Shown: positions 19,926 through 33,400 of the stretch, in pieces
How the letters are laid out: each line of letters begins with the position of its first letter
Position numbering within the stretch: the stretch's first letter is position 1
From: Antedon mediterranea
Taxonomy: Eukaryota; Animalia; Echinodermata
Length of the DNA stretch: 64,000 bases
NCBI RefSeq assembly: GCF_964355755.1
Contig: NC_092680.1
Coordinates: 17,307,045-17,371,044 of the forward strand
Direction: 5' to 3'
The notes under the pieces: model-generated
The model's database searches: none
What the model saw: the letters and a program-made list of their open reading frames with translations, nothing else
What the model was told of the DNA's origin: nothing
Position numbers and translations under genes: made by a program

Positions 19926-20724
19926 GTACTGTATACTCTCGTTAGTATGTTCAAACAAAGTTAATATATCTTCAGGCGACTTTTGAGGCTAGTTAAGTTA
20001 GGCCTCTCTTCTGCACCATCCATGCATTCGAGACCAGCCAGTCCCGGCCCTGTCTGGTGCTGCTGTGTGTGTGGGACAACAACACATGGGAGCCTTCTCT
20101 CTAGCAGCTAGGGCGTAGGCCTATCAGGAGGAGGCATACACTTTTATTATCCTATTTTTTCCCTATTTGTGTGGCAACAGAGTAAAGTCTATCCTACCAA
20201 ACTGTAGAGAGCTAGCGAGTGTCATTAATTATTATTTATGATTGGTTCTTTTAAATATTAATTTCTTTTTTTTATATTTCTTTTGTTTTAATTCAATGAT
20301 AGGGTTCACCATTTGGTGTTCAGTTTAGTTTGCAAGCAACTGCATCATCGATCAATGAAAAACCCAACTTTACAAATAGACAGGTTAGAATATTCAGTGT
20401 GTCTACTTCTTATTAAATTATAGGCCTACAGTGTTTTTAATTTTGTAATAATAGTAGAAAACTCAGATCTAAAAAACTCGGATATCTGACTTTTCTAGAT
20501 CTAGAAAAACACAAACGCAACTCTGTTAGTTTAAAGTACACTTTGTTTCATTAAAAGATGTTGGTGTTTGTTGGAATAGTATTTATAAAAAACTTGTTTC
20601 TGAACAACATTGTAACAAACATATACCATCATTATGCACTTGTCAATTGTATGACCCACTATGCGACCCCCCCCCCCCCCCCCCCGGGAGATGTGCATCA
20701 TTTGTCTGATATGCGTCATACCTT

Positions 20725-23700
20725 ATGATTGACCATGACGCACCCATTTTAATGCATTGTGACCATGTTCATGATATGGTGGGTGGTAAAGTGACGGACA
20801 TGAACACACTATTGATCATCACCAACAGCAACCACAGTCCCTCTCAATATTATGATCCTAATGAATTTCCTGTTGACTCACTTTCTGATTGCTTCTCCAC
20901 TATTCATTTCAACTCTAGAAGCATCCTCAAGCACATTGATGAAATTAAACAACTCCTATCATCCATTAATCTGCCTTTCGATATTATTGGAGTAAGTGAA
21001 ACTTGGCTCAAGTACGATAATCCTTTGGTCCAACTCCCAAATTATAATTTTGTCTCTAACCACAGAACCCATAAAGACGGTGGAGGAGTCGCCATGTATA
21101 TCCTTGATACTCTACAATTCTCCATTAGAAGTGACCTACACCCACACCCTTCCAACTGCGAATCCATCTTTATTGAAATTAAACGGCCTCATCACAAAAA
21201 CATTATTGTGGGTACTATATATAGACCCCCCTCCTCTGACCCAAATCAATTCTTAATTGAACTTGACATTGTCCTTTCCAATTTAACAAAAGAAAATAAA
21301 AATGTTTATATTCTTGGAGACTTTAACATTGACATTCTTAAACATGAATCCGACAATACTGCCCGTCAATTCATTAACACACTGTTTAGCAATCACTATC
21401 TTCCACTTATCGACAGACCATCCAGAATAACAAATTCCACAGCCTCATTATTAGATAATATTATTACAAATCAATTTGATTGTTCTCATATAAGTGGTCT
21501 GCTATATAGTGATATCTCTGATCATCTCCCTGTTTTTAATATTTCAAACCTCTCTGATAGTTTTGCCACTAGCTCAAACAATGAAGAGATCCCATCTCTC
21601 AGACAGATTAACAATACGTCTCTTAACAACTTTTACCATGATGTCTCTAATCAAACTTGGTTTGATATCCTTAATTCTAATGATCCTGACTTTGCTTATG
21701 ACCTCTTTGATAACACACTTAAAGCCCTTTATGACCAACACTTCCCGTTACTGAAAAGGAACAATACAAACAAGAACAAAAAAATTAAATCTTGGATGTC
21801 AAATGGACTGCTAAAATCAATAAAGTATAAACATAAACTCTATGCAAAATTTCTTCACCGCCCTTCTCCTGCCAATGAAATCAAATATAAACGATATCGT
21901 AATAAACTTAACTCCACTATCAAAATTGCCAAAAGAATCCACTTTCATGATATTTTCACCAAGCAAAAAAATGATATTAAGGCAACCTGGAAATCAATTA
22001 ACTCTTTATTGAACCATAAAAACCGAAACCAACACAAAGGCAATACCCCTGTCAACTGTAACGGAGTACCAACTAAAGACCCCGTCATTATTTCTAAAGC
22101 ATTTAATGATTTTTTTGTCGAAATCGGACCCTCTCTTGCTAACAAAATCCCTCCCAGCAATGTTTCTTTCAAAGAATTTCTTCCTCAACCAAATCCGAAA
22201 TCAATGTTCTTAACCCCCGTCCTAGAAGAGGATATCATAAGAATTATCTCCTCCTTCGATAACAATAAAGCTCCTGGTACTGATGATTTCCATACTAAAG
22301 CCATTAAACATGTTATCAACCTTATCTCCCTTCCCTTGTGTCACATTTTTAATCTTGTCCTCTGCAAAGGTGTTTTTCCGAACAGGTTGAAGCTGGCGCG
22401 CGTTACCCCTGTTTACAAATCTGGCCCCAAATCCAACCTTTCTAACTATCGTCCTATCTCCATCCTGTCAATCTTTTCGAAAGCCTTGGAAAGAATTATC
22501 TATGATAGAACATTTTCATTTATCAGCAAACATAACATCCTCTTCAAGAGACAATATGGCTTTAGAAAAGGACATAACACCTCCATGGCTTTGATCGACC
22601 TCACTAACAAAATTATTCATGCATTCGAAAATCGTCAATTTGGAATCGGACTTTTCATCGACCTTTCCAAGGCTTTCGACACCATTGATCATAATATTCT
22701 TCTTTTTAAATTGTCTCACTATGGAATCCGAGGACCCGCCTTAAACGTTTTCAAAAGCTATCTCACTAACCGCTCCCAATGTACTAAATATTTTAACTCT
22801 ATTTCTAATTTTTGCCCTATCACCTGTGGCGTTCCCCAGGGCTCCTTACTTGGCCCGCTTCTGTTCACCTTTTACATTAATGATATCCACCGAACCTCAA
22901 ACCTGCTAAATTTTTTTCTATATGCTGATGACACTACAGTTTTTCATGCCAACAAAAATATCCAAACTCTTTTTGACACCTTTAATACCAACGTTATCCC
23001 CTTGTCCCAGTACTTTATTGCCAACAAACTCTCCCTCAATCATAATAAATGTAGTTACATCCTATTCGGAACCCCGCAGTTGACTAGAGGTATTGATGTG
23101 TCCCCATTTAAAGTCGTTATTGATAATCAAGAAATCCCCTCTGTTAAGTATAATAAATTTCTTGGCATTATCATCGACAACTCTCTCTCATGGAAACCCC
23201 ATATCCAAGAAATTGAGAACAAAGTGTCTAAGAACCTTGGGATCATTTCTAGGCTTTCTTCCTTCCTCCCAACTAATATTCTCAGGACCCTTTATTGCAC
23301 ACTCATCCTTCCTTATTTGAGCTATGGTAACATTGTCTGGGCCAACACTTACCCTTCAAACATCATTAAACTCTCTATCCTACAAAAAAAAGCTATCAGG
23401 ACTATATCTGGCGCTCATCCACTGTCACATTCCTCCCACTTATTCTCCAAACTCAATCTTCTCAAACTCTCGGACATTAACCTATCCCAGCAAGGTGTCT
23501 TTGTTTTTTTGGCCACTCACTCACTTCTCCCTTGCCATCTAAACGACCTTTTCGCTCCTAATAATACCGTTCATAAATATTATACTAGAACAAGAAATAA
23601 CATATATATCCCTAACCATAACACCAATTATTTTCAACATAGCATTAGATATTCTGGACCTCTATTGTTTAACAATTTACCCCCCTCAATTTCCTGTGCT

Positions 23701-23757
23701 GCCAACCGCTATTCATTTAATAATAACATAAAAAATTACCTTTTGTCTCATTACTGA
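20725..23757 (+). CDS. LINE ORF2 (APE endonuclease + reverse transcriptase), CR1/L2 group
   Basis: 1010-aa uninterrupted ORF. APE motifs are [31 protein letters not shown] and SDHLP. RT motifs are [52 protein letters not shown] and KFLGI. The first ~25-30 codons may derive from flanking DNA. Confidence 0.95.
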   Translation: MIDHDAPILMHCDHVHDMVGGKVTDMNTLLIITNSNHSPSQYYDPNEFPVDSLSDCFSTIHFNSRSILKHIDEIKQLLSSINLPFDIIGVSETWLKYDNPLVQLPNYNFVSNHRTHKDGGGVAMYILDTLQFSIRSDLHPHPSNCESIFIEIKRPHHKNIIVGTIYRPPSSDPNQFLIELDIVLSNLTKENKNVYILGDFNIDILKHESDNTARQFINTLFSNHYLPLIDRPSRITNSTASLLDNIITNQFDCSHISGLLYSDISDHLPVFNISNLSDSFATSSNNEEIPSLRQINNTSLNNFYHDVSNQTWFDILNSNDPDFAYDLFDNTLKALYDQHFPLLKRNNTNKNKKIKSWMSNGLLKSIKYKHKLYAKFLHRPSPANEIKYKRYRNKLNSTIKIAKRIHFHDIFTKQKNDIKATWKSINSLLNHKNRNQHKGNTPVNCNGVPTKDPVIISKAFNDFFVEIGPSLANKIPPSNVSFKEFLPQPNPKSMFLTPVLEEDIIRIISSFDNNKAPGTDDFHTKAIKHVINLISLPLCHIFNLVLCKGVFPNRLKLARVTPVYKSGPKSNLSNYRPISILSIFSKALERIIYDRTFSFISKHNILFKRQYGFRKGHNTSMALIDLTNKIIHAFENRQFGIGLFIDLSKAFDTIDHNILLFKLSHYGIRGPALNVFKSYLTNRSQCTKYFNSISNFCPITCGVPQGSLLGPLLFTFYINDIHRTSNLLNFFLYADDTTVFHANKNIQTLFDTFNTNVIPLSQYFIANKLSLNHNKCSYILFGTPQLTRGIDVSPFKVVIDNQEIPSVKYNKFLGIIIDNSLSWKPHIQEIENKVSKNLGIISRLSSFLPTNILRTLYCTLILPYLSYGNIVWANTYPSNIIKLSILQKKAIRTISGAHPLSHSSHLFSKLNLLKLSDINLSQQGVFVFLATHSLLPCHLNDLFAPNNTVHKYYTRTRNNIYIPNHNTNYFQHSIRYSGPLLFNNLPPSISCAANRYSFNNNIKNYLLSHY

Positions 23758-24145
23758 TCGATATGATTGATATGGTCGTTCTTTCCATGTTCCGTGACTT
23801 GCTATCTTTATTATTCAATTGTCATCATATTCGCTATATGCCATGCAGCTGTACTTTTTTCTGTTCTTTTTTTATTTTTTATTCCAACTTTTATCTACTG
23901 GTTTTATATATATTTTGTATTTCTTTATTGTCTAATTAATTTATTTACTTTATTTATATATATATTTTTTTTTTCTTCTCTTATTTAAATATTTTGTAAA
24001 GGCAATCCCGTCACAAGATTGTAATCTTTTTGGGATTTGCCTTCGTCCATTTTCTTGTTTTATCACTTGCCATTTTGTTTTTGTTACTTTTGTCTTATGG
24101 ACGTGAATAAATGTTCCTTGAATTGAATTGAATTGAATTGAATTG
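20790..24145 (+). mobile_element. 5'-truncated non-LTR retrotransposon (CR1/L2 group) with 3' UTR and (AATTG)5 tail
   Basis: ORF2 is followed by a T-rich 3' UTR, a stem-loop at 23999-24043, AATAAA at 24106-24111 and (AATTG)5 at 24121-24145. No ORF1 is present upstream. The 5' boundary is approximate. Confidence 0.9.
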
Positions 24146-24805
24146 ATATGACGTACCACCCAGATTTTTGACGCACCACTGCGGCAATACTGTAATCATT
24201 TGTAAATGACGTATTCCATCATGCACCTCCTGGAGGGGGGGGGGGTGGTTGTATAGTGGCTCATACAATTGACAAGTGTATCTAACCCCACTAAACATTT
24301 TGATTGGTTATTTTGCATATTTCTATTGTATATGCCCAATATCCGAACCTACAGTAAACAAACCCACATGGTAAGTAGGTGAGATAGAAGTGTATTGCAG
24401 TAAAATAAAATATGTGACTGAACAAAATAATTATTGTATATATACTCATGATATAATCCTAGTATAATACCAACTGAATTCAAATATTTATCTTTTGTTT
24501 ATTTATAAAGTGCCCCAAAATCAGTCATCCAAAACCTTTACAGAAAATTCTGATTGTGTGGTAAGGTGCAGTAATATAATAATTGTTTACATTTACTACT
24601 TGGTTACCATGAAATATGTAGGTTTAAAAATATTCAAAAATACTATAGTAAAAAACCTCTGTTTCTTTTAGTGTGTGTGCTGAAGACATACTGTATATAG
24701 ACTTATACATTGATTTCAGAGTGTTTATACATTTTATTGTAAAGTCAAGTCTAACATTTGACAGAAAAAATAAACACATCTAAAATAATAAACTAAGCCA
24801 AACCA

Positions 24806-25215
24806 ATAATAATAATAATAATAATAATAATATTTATTCGGCAAAAGTTCATAAAGTACATTTTACAATTCATCTTGCCAGGAGCAAGTAATAGGCATGA
24901 GCCCAAACAGAAAACTGCTCTTACTCCATCATTACTTATAAAATACAAAAATAACAAAACTAAGTAGCACAAATTAAGTCAAAATAAAACAAAACAAAAC
25001 AAAGTTATAATGAGATATACCAATTAAAAATAAGTTGCATTGAATAAACAATATAAACAATTACAACTTAATATTTTGAGATCAAATGTTTGGTGAGTTG
25101 GGCTTTAAAGTCTGAAATTGTAGCACATTGTTTAATTTCATTGCGAAGTTGCTCCCATAATCTAGGGAAAATAACAAACGATGAATTTAAAAATGTATTT
25201 GTCTTTGCCTTCCAA
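24806..25215 (-). mobile_element. CR1/L2-group LINE 3' fragment
   Basis: The minus strand reads KAKTNTFLNSSFVIFPRLWEQLRNEIKQCATISDFKAQLTKHLISKY*, then a 3' UTR with a stem-loop, AATAAA and a (TTA)n tail. Confidence 0.75.
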
Positions 25216-25753
25216 TACACAATATGTATGCCAAAAACAAGTTAAGAACTTATATTATACATATATATTAAGTAATATAAAATCATTATTTAAAATAGCA
25301 AGGTCGTCTACTACTGTTTAGTATACAGTAGATTACTTCAATTGTCTTTTAAGATATTGTATTACTTTAAAAAGGGCAGGCTTCACACACTAATCAATCG
25401 GTCAATACTCTATAGTAAATATTGCAATTAAACCATTAAGTGATGTTCCTTTATGTATCTTCCTTTACATGCTAAATCAAGGACATACTGTAATGACATA
25501 CTGTAAACAAGTGAAAGGTAAAATAAATGCTATTTATACAACATTTTTAAGACCTTTTACTGTTGCCATGTCAGTATTATTATCTGACCTCCCTATCCAG
25601 TAATGGAACAGTCTGAATATGGTATTATTAGCTTTGAAACATGCAGTGATCTATAAAAAGTTCTGTGGCTTCATAGCGTTGGTGCACTACACAGCTATCT
25701 GTTGATAATGATACACTAGAGATACTGGTGTTTGACAATGAAGTAATTAACAG

Positions 25754-25888
25754 GATAGTATGGTAAGAGAGTTGGGTAATTGGCAGAATGTTGCCCTACA
25801 CGAACCAATGAATGCTGCAGTTAAGGAATGGATGATGAATCCACGAATGACGGTTAAACCATCCCTCTCCTTGCCAGTTATTTCCCCT
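25754..25888 (+). CDS. Candidate alternative 5' exon of LRRC49
   Basis: An open 135-nt phase 0-0 block (DSMVRELGNWQ...SLSLPVISP) between CAG| and a strong |GTAAGT donor. The polypyrimidine tract is weak, so it could instead be an alternative first exon using the ATG at 25760. Confidence 0.35.
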
Positions 25889-28800
25889 GTAAGTTGTAAT
25901 ATTTTTGTTTTTATTTCAAGCCAAAAAGTTAGTTGTATTTTTTTCAAAGCCTTCCAAAACCTGTTACAGCTGTGTACCATGATCAGTTAACTTATACTGA
26001 GTTGATCTTTTGTTGGCCAATCCCAACTGTACTGTAGACTTACTGTAAGCTCTGTCTACACTATCAAACTAGTTTGAAAAAAAAGTATGACGTGCCCAAA
26101 TGTGGTAGTGATATGTCCAAATATGGTAGTGATACTGTATGACATCATCATGTTCATACAGTATATGGGCACATCACATTTTGTTGTCACATAAAGTTTG
26201 ATAGTGTAGGCAGAGCTTTACTGTGATTGAGTGACGATTTAAACCCGGAACTAAGATTTTAAGGAATGGTACCACTACCAGCCAACCATATTGTACTGTA
26301 GGTTGGTTGATTATTTAAAAGTTTAGTGCAGTTTATTTAGTTATTATTTTTAATATGCAATTTCAATTGTAGAAAAAAACTTAAAAATATTATTTTAGAA
26401 TTTTACCATGTGGTAGAGCAGTAATAGATAGACACACTACAAACAAGTTGGTGTTTGAATATGTATACAGTACTATACATTATTCACAAAACTAGCGCTT
26501 CGCACACATTCTCAAAACGTTTACAAAAAGCTGTGCAATAGTACATCATTAAAATGAGAGAAACTAATGCATGTCATGTGATATGAAACAAACCAATCAA
26601 ATGGCATGGATTATTTTGTTTATTACGAGAATTTAAGTACTGCATATCTGTACTGCAATTATTGATTATACCACCACCTATTACTAGAATGTATTGGTTA
26701 AATTAATTATTCTTCATTGATTTTGTTTGAATAGTCAGTTGAGATCTAAATTAAGACAATCAAGGTGGTCTACATTTCCATGGTGATGGTACATAAAGTC
26801 ATAATGATATGCTGTGGTACCAACATTCATCACAATTACAGTATTATGTATTTAATCAATCTTATATTCCTTCTCTCCCTATGGAAGATAGAGCCTATTT
26901 AGTTCTCCACATTTCCCTTTCTTGGCCTTATGACCTGTCCACGCCCTGTACCCTACAGTAGCTCATTGTTCTTTTCCAAATTCAAATTTTTTCTTTTGGT
27001 CTTTCCACTTGTCTCTTGCCCTGAAATGTACAGTACTGTACATGCCTGAAGTGCTAATTTTGTGTCCGAAAAACAACATTTGAACAGAAAAAGCAATACG
27101 TATAAAAATTCTAATAAGACACAATAAATTTTCTTTTAAATGTTTCCCCGCAATTTTACACTGGTGTAATACATACATATATTTTCACATATTCATATAT
27201 TTGTTAAATACCTGTATGTTATATTTGGTAACATTTTTGTGTAACGAAAACTGGGTATAAAAACATAAACATAGGATGATTTAATATATGGCATTGCTGT
27301 AGATTATCAAATTTATTTATACATATTCACACAGTACATAATACAGGTACAATACAAATCAAAGTACAGTGTCAATTCAATCTTCACAGTACTGGTGACC
27401 TTGTATAAGAATACACACCATTGTATTGATGTCTTAATAAGATCAACAATCAATTTTATTTCTATTTCATTGAGATTCTAATTATTGATTTTGTCATACA
27501 AGTACAGAATAAGAGGCATAGCTGTCATGACAGGATAGCCAGGTATTAATTGGACGTATAGATCAGATGTACTGAGTTTGAATCTGGGACGACTTGGCCC
27601 ACAATGATTCAGCCTACTTCAAACATATTATCAAAGAATTTATTATTATGTTTATAAAATGGCACATAGGCCTAGATATATCATTACAAAATCGAAAATA
27701 TTAAATGGAATGAAGCTATGAGTTTTGGGAGAGGGAGAGAGGATGTTTGTGTGAAAAAAAAAGAGAAGAATCTGGTTAAATATTGTTTCAAATGCTTTAC
27801 AGCCATTTACTTGGAAACAAAGATAGGCCAAAACGAAACTCATTAAATAGTGTTCCCAGAGAAACAAGGAATTAAATTTGAGCAAAGCATATCGGATTGA
27901 TTTAGGTTCTAAATGGTGCTTTGTTAATGGTAAAGAGATCAATATTTTGGCACACATGGCGTTTCGTATATAATACTTAAAAACGTTGACTATATAGTAG
28001 CACTGATAATAAAGCTCTGTCTACACTATCAAACTTTATGTGATAAAAAAATGTGATGTGCCTATATGATGATGTCATATCACTACCATATTTGGATACA
28101 TCACTACCATATTTGGGTACATCACACTTTTTTTTGTCAAACTAGTTTGATAGTTTCAGACAGGGCTGAAAGGAATACTAACATAAAAAGACAAACACTT
28201 GGGGTATGTTCTATAGATTGATCAGCAGTTTAATCAACAATTTTTAATGGACGTTATCAGGTGATTGTCATTTACCCACAAGGCTAAATTAATAATCATG
28301 CTATGGACTTAGATGTGAACTTCCAACCATAATGTATTTCTTTTGTATAGTAAAAGATATTCTTAAGTCACATTAGGAAGTCATTAGTTACCATGGTGAT
28401 GCATTGAACATTTTATTTTACAGAAAATGATGCCATGAATTGAAGCTCAGATTAGATTATTTGGAATAGAAATATTTATGGTCATCTTAAAAGATAAATA
28501 TTTTTTTCTTAATTTGATGTATTAACCTGCAACTTCTAAAGATACATATTCTTCTATGAAATAGTATGTTGAAATTATTATAATATTTAATATCGTATGA
28601 ATTCTTTAAGTTTTAAAATTATGATACAGTGAAGATAAGAAAATCTGCCTGAGTAAAAGGTCTTTCTTCAAATAATACTATAATTTAAGTTACCGGTATT
28701 CGTTGATTGGGGAGAATATTTTCGAAGTCTGTTATCAAGGCAATCTAACAACATGATGCTGAGCTTCCGGAGATCAAAGGGTTTATCTATGGCTGCAAAA

Positions 28801-30487
28801 CGATCTGTTCCATGTTCCCACAGACACGCATGACACAGAGAACATGTACATGTATAGTACTGTGTTGGTATTTGTCGCAGCCAGACATATTAGATCATTA
28901 GGATTTTACAAGTTCCTATGTTGTCCAGGCGAGCTCAGTGTCCTGTTGTTAGATATGCCTGGTTATATTCAATGAAGTGAAACCTAGGTTTTTAAAATTT
29001 TTAATATTTTCCTAATTTATTTCATCTTTTCGTTCATTGCAAAGTAAACTTTTACCAAATTAATTTATGAATTGATAAATGGTATCGTTTAGTTGTGTTA
29101 AAAAAGATAGACAGACAGACAGAATATTTAGTATGCCACATTGTGTCAAGCTGTACGTCATATTCTGTCAATCATACCCTACACACCAACATAATTGATT
29201 AATAATCAAACTTAATTGATATTCACATTATATAACAATAAAATAATTCAATTTACTAATTATTGTCTGAATATCTTAAGTTTATTTTCCTTTTTATTAA
29301 ATTTACTTTACGGTAATTATTTGATCAAACTGTCATGGCAATTAGCCTTTCTTGACAGTGTCAACAGTATAAAGTAATAGACAAACAAAACCCATGTCAC
29401 GGCATTATTTGTGCATTTGCTGCTGTCTGTTGTGTGAATAATGTGTGTTCTATTAAATTATAGTATGTCTGTTAGATTGTCATGTTTTAGGATTTGTTTG
29501 TGCTATGAGTAATAGGAGTTGGTTAAAGGGTTGCATCCTCCCTTGTAATACTGTAGATGAGGAAAGCCTGCAGTAGTTTAAAATTATATTTTGTTTTTAT
29601 CTTTTGTAAATTGTACATACAGTAGAGTATACCTCTTTCACATTGCCTAAAAAACTCACACATTCCGGAAGAAACACTATTCAAAACACAGGTGTTGACG
29701 GTGTGTGTAAACTTGAGAGTTTTGCTAGGTGACGTGTAAGGGGTATAAACGGTTTCCACAACCCCAGCAAATGGTAGAGAAACACCCACTTTCAAACAAT
29801 CGCTGCTGGCAAACGTTTGCCCCATTTTTTAATAGCCTAGCTATGGTTTGCCGCACCATAACTAGCCTTCTTTTATGCTTAGTTTTGTCATATTTAACCA
29901 AGAGTTATTTTAATGTTTTAATTAAACTTCAGTTAAACATGCTTTCAAATGCTTGCTACTTTAACTTCATTTTTTTTATACCAAACAATTTTCCCCAATT
30001 TTCCTATCGTTCTAAACTGTGTTAACTCAACTTTTAAATACATCTACTGTTTTTAAGAATTTTTTTCTGTAGTTTTACAGTAATTGAAACAGCATTTTCT
30101 TTCAGATTGTTTATTGCAAATCTTGTGCTAAAATAACCTCCCAAGAGGTTGTTTGTCAAAGTTTAAAAGAAAGTCATAAAAAACTATGACAACTTTTACA
30201 TACCACAATAAATACTGTACTGATACTAGCCAGTTCCTTTTACCAAGTTTAACTGTAATACTTGAATTGGAAATGGGAAACAAAAATTGATTCTGGTTTT
30301 GACCGCTATTTTTTATTACGAACATTTTTGTAAAAAAAAGCGTTTTTTACACTATAATAATATCATAATACTGTAGTTTGAAATGTTTCGCATTATTTAT
30401 TTGCTAATTTTATTTATTTTTTTTTTATCAGTATTCTTTCAATTTTTAAAATGACATTTAATGAAAACTGTACATTTGTTTAAACAG

Positions 30488-33400
30488 ACACTAAAATCAG
30501 CCCTAAGTTTAATAGGGGCAAACATCTGCCCTTCTGGGGTTCCTTCTGGTGTTTCACGCAGTGTAAGTTACTGTTAGTGTTATCTTGATTCCGGTGTGCT
30601 ATTCTTAACAACAGTGTTTCTGTATTAACATGTCTATAAATATTCTAATTATTATTAATAATCAATACTTATTGTTGATTGATTTTCTTGTCTTTCATTA
30701 TTTAATCGTTGGTCCCGTGTACATAGTGCACGTTACAGAACTTGGTCCACTATTCACAAAGAATAGGAGATAGTCTCCTGGTGTGTTGATCTGGGCTGGT
30801 AGGCGCTGCGCTACTGGCTGCTTAGATCCTTAAAGAGCCTAATCCAAATTTCCTCAGTTTCCAGTTAAGCTTGAGGACGAATATAAAGTACCAAAAAAAA
30901 TAAGCTTTGCGGCACAATTCGACTTTGAAAGGAACAAGGTGAAACATATAGTTTAACACTACTGTACATCCAACCTCTTAAGCGTGGTTCCCACTAGCGA
31001 CGCAACACAAGGACGTAACGCAACGCAAGTGAATTGGCCAATCACAAGCGATGTCTTATTTGCTTGTGATTGCTAACTGTCTATAACTTAGCTTGTCATT
31101 GGTTAAAACGCTTGCGTTGCGTTTACGTCCTTGCGTTACGTTCTAGTGGGAACCAAGCTTAATTCAGGGGAAATAATAGTTTTTAAAATTACATTCAACC
31201 TCTATTCAGGGAACACTTTCCTTTGAAAAGGGCCTGAGGAAATATATAGTTCCAGCTCCTATTAAAGGGCCACTTTGTTTGGTCACAATTGGTCCCATTA
31301 ATAGGGGTTCTATTGTACTTTTATTTGACTGTTCTGCACTTATTTGATTGAAATGTCTGTGACTTAAATCCGCATTTAATAATTACATTCTGTTCTTACT
31401 CAATTTACTCTCTCTGTTTATTGATTTTAAACCCTTTTCCTCAAATTAACCTGAATGAATTCCAACTTGATATCAAAATTGAAACATGATGACAGTGGAT
31501 ACTTTACAGCAAATACTTGACTACAGCCACAAGTAAACATTCAAATATTTCTTTTTTAAAGCTCTGTCTACACTATCAAACTTTATGTAGCAACAAAATG
31601 TGATGTGCCTATATATGGACATGATAATGTCATATTACGACCATATTTGGACACATCACACTTTTTTTGTCAAAATAGTTTGATAATATAGAATGGAAAG
31701 TTGCACTTTTTGTTGATAACCATTCATGTGAAATTTGAGTGTCTGATTTCTGTTGGTTTACATTTTTGTAACATTTCTGCACATGACACAGTTGAAATGA
31801 GGTTGCAGTTGCACTTTTATTAATTGTTTTCTTTCAGATGTAAAATTGACAGCCCAAGCTAAATTAATTGAATGTTGCCGTAGACTCTAATCACCTAAAC
31901 TAAAAAAGATACAATACATAAATAAATGTTTGCATTTTCCTTATATACTAAAATTATAACATGTTAATGACAATTTTTTGTTTAATGATGACTATTACTT
32001 TTCTTGTCTTTTGAATGTATATTGTCCCTTACCATGCAATTCAGCAGATTTGCTGCCAATTGGTTTGTTTTTAATAAAGAATTAGAATTTTAAAAAAATA
32101 AATAAAAAATACAACTAGAATGAGAGGCATTGGTTTGATTCTTTCTGAAGTCCTATATTGATTTTATCGTGTAGGCAAGATTCTTTACTCTCATTGCCTC
32201 ATCTTTTGGATGGGTGTAAATCTGCCCTGTGTACATAGCCTAAAGTGCATGCTGTAGAACTCTGTACACTTTTTGAAAAGAGTAGAATATTGCCTCATAG
32301 TGTTTTGATCAAGGCAGTCTGCCATAAGATGTCCTACAAATTCCAGTTTCCAGTATAACTTGAGGATAATTATAATCACATTTATAACAACATAAATCAC
32401 TTTGGAAGTGATCAAACTATTTTTAATTTCTTGAGCAATAGCATGATGAATCAATGAAATAATACATATTACTGTTTTTTTAATTCAATTTAGAATCCAG
32501 ACTTCCGATTGGCAAGGGACTATAATAATTCATATCGTGGGTCGGAGTTCGGAGGTCATCTCCGACGCCAAAGTCACACATACGGAAGTATTGACAGTTT
32601 CTCGGACAAAAATCTAGTAACGGTTTATGGTGGTAAGGATTGCATGTTTGAATGTTATTAAAATTGATGTAACAAAAATCGTCTATTTTGATTTCATCTA
32701 GTAGTATGTATGATATGAACTAGTTTGCATGAAATTTAACAATTAATATAATTCTACTAACACTAACTGTATTAGAACTAATTCCTCAGCCGCATTGTAA
32801 TTATTAACTTTAATCAGTAACAGAGAGCCCTAATAAGGGGTCAACTGCGAGACCCAACAATATGTTTTTCTCTTTAACATGCGTCGGCCTGTGGGTTGCA
32901 TTGTGATCCAATTAAATAATAGGTAGATTTCGTTTTGCAACAATCGACGCCCCAACTAGGTCTATCGATATTTGGTTGGTTGTTGTGTGGACCTCGAATC
33001 TGTGTTAAGGTGCGGAGCAAGGTAACACATCTTCCTGCATACGCAGAGTGAATTAACATGACATACTTTGATTGTCGGTCGTTGTAAAGCGAAAACACCC
33101 CAATTATTGGGAGTTAAGTATTTAAACACCCACAAATTATATAATATAATATGCTTTATGTATCATTAAAAAATAATATGCTTTTCAAAAAGAATAATAT
33201 AACACTCTTCCCTCATAACACTTAACCTCATAACACTGTTGCTTAGGATCTGTAAACTCACGAGGTACCCATCGTAACAGGCAAGTGCACCATACACCGA
33301 CAGCCTATGCCACTCAACTGACGGATCTGGCAAACCCGTACTCTAATGCATCATCGCAAGAAGAAAACCCTTACGGTCAGTCAACGAGACAGGTACAGAG

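Larger units (their letters stand above)
20634..24281. mobile_element. Non-autonomous TIR element split by the LINE insertion
   Basis: The left end ATGCACTTGTCAATTGTATGACCCACTATGCGACCCC(C)n matches the reverse complement of the right end, ATACACTTGTCAATTGTATGAGCCACTATACAACCACCC(C)n. Confidence 0.8.

Noticed and set aside
20996-23542. Short ORFs overlapping the LINE ORF in other frames or strands
   Set aside because: Shadow ORFs of a long coding sequence with no motifs of their own.
20725-23757. Domesticated or novel reverse-transcriptase system
   Set aside because: It has standard APE-RT LINE ORF2 architecture with a LINE-type 3' UTR and microsatellite tail. There is no partner gene or ncRNA, and intactness is most simply explained by recent insertion.
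28700-30025. GC-richer patches and ~100-aa ORFs (29523-29825, 29729-30025) as extra LRRC49 exons or a nested gene
   Set aside because: I could not find a consistent acceptor/donor pair with an open compatible frame or any recognisable homology. This remains unresolved without RNA data.
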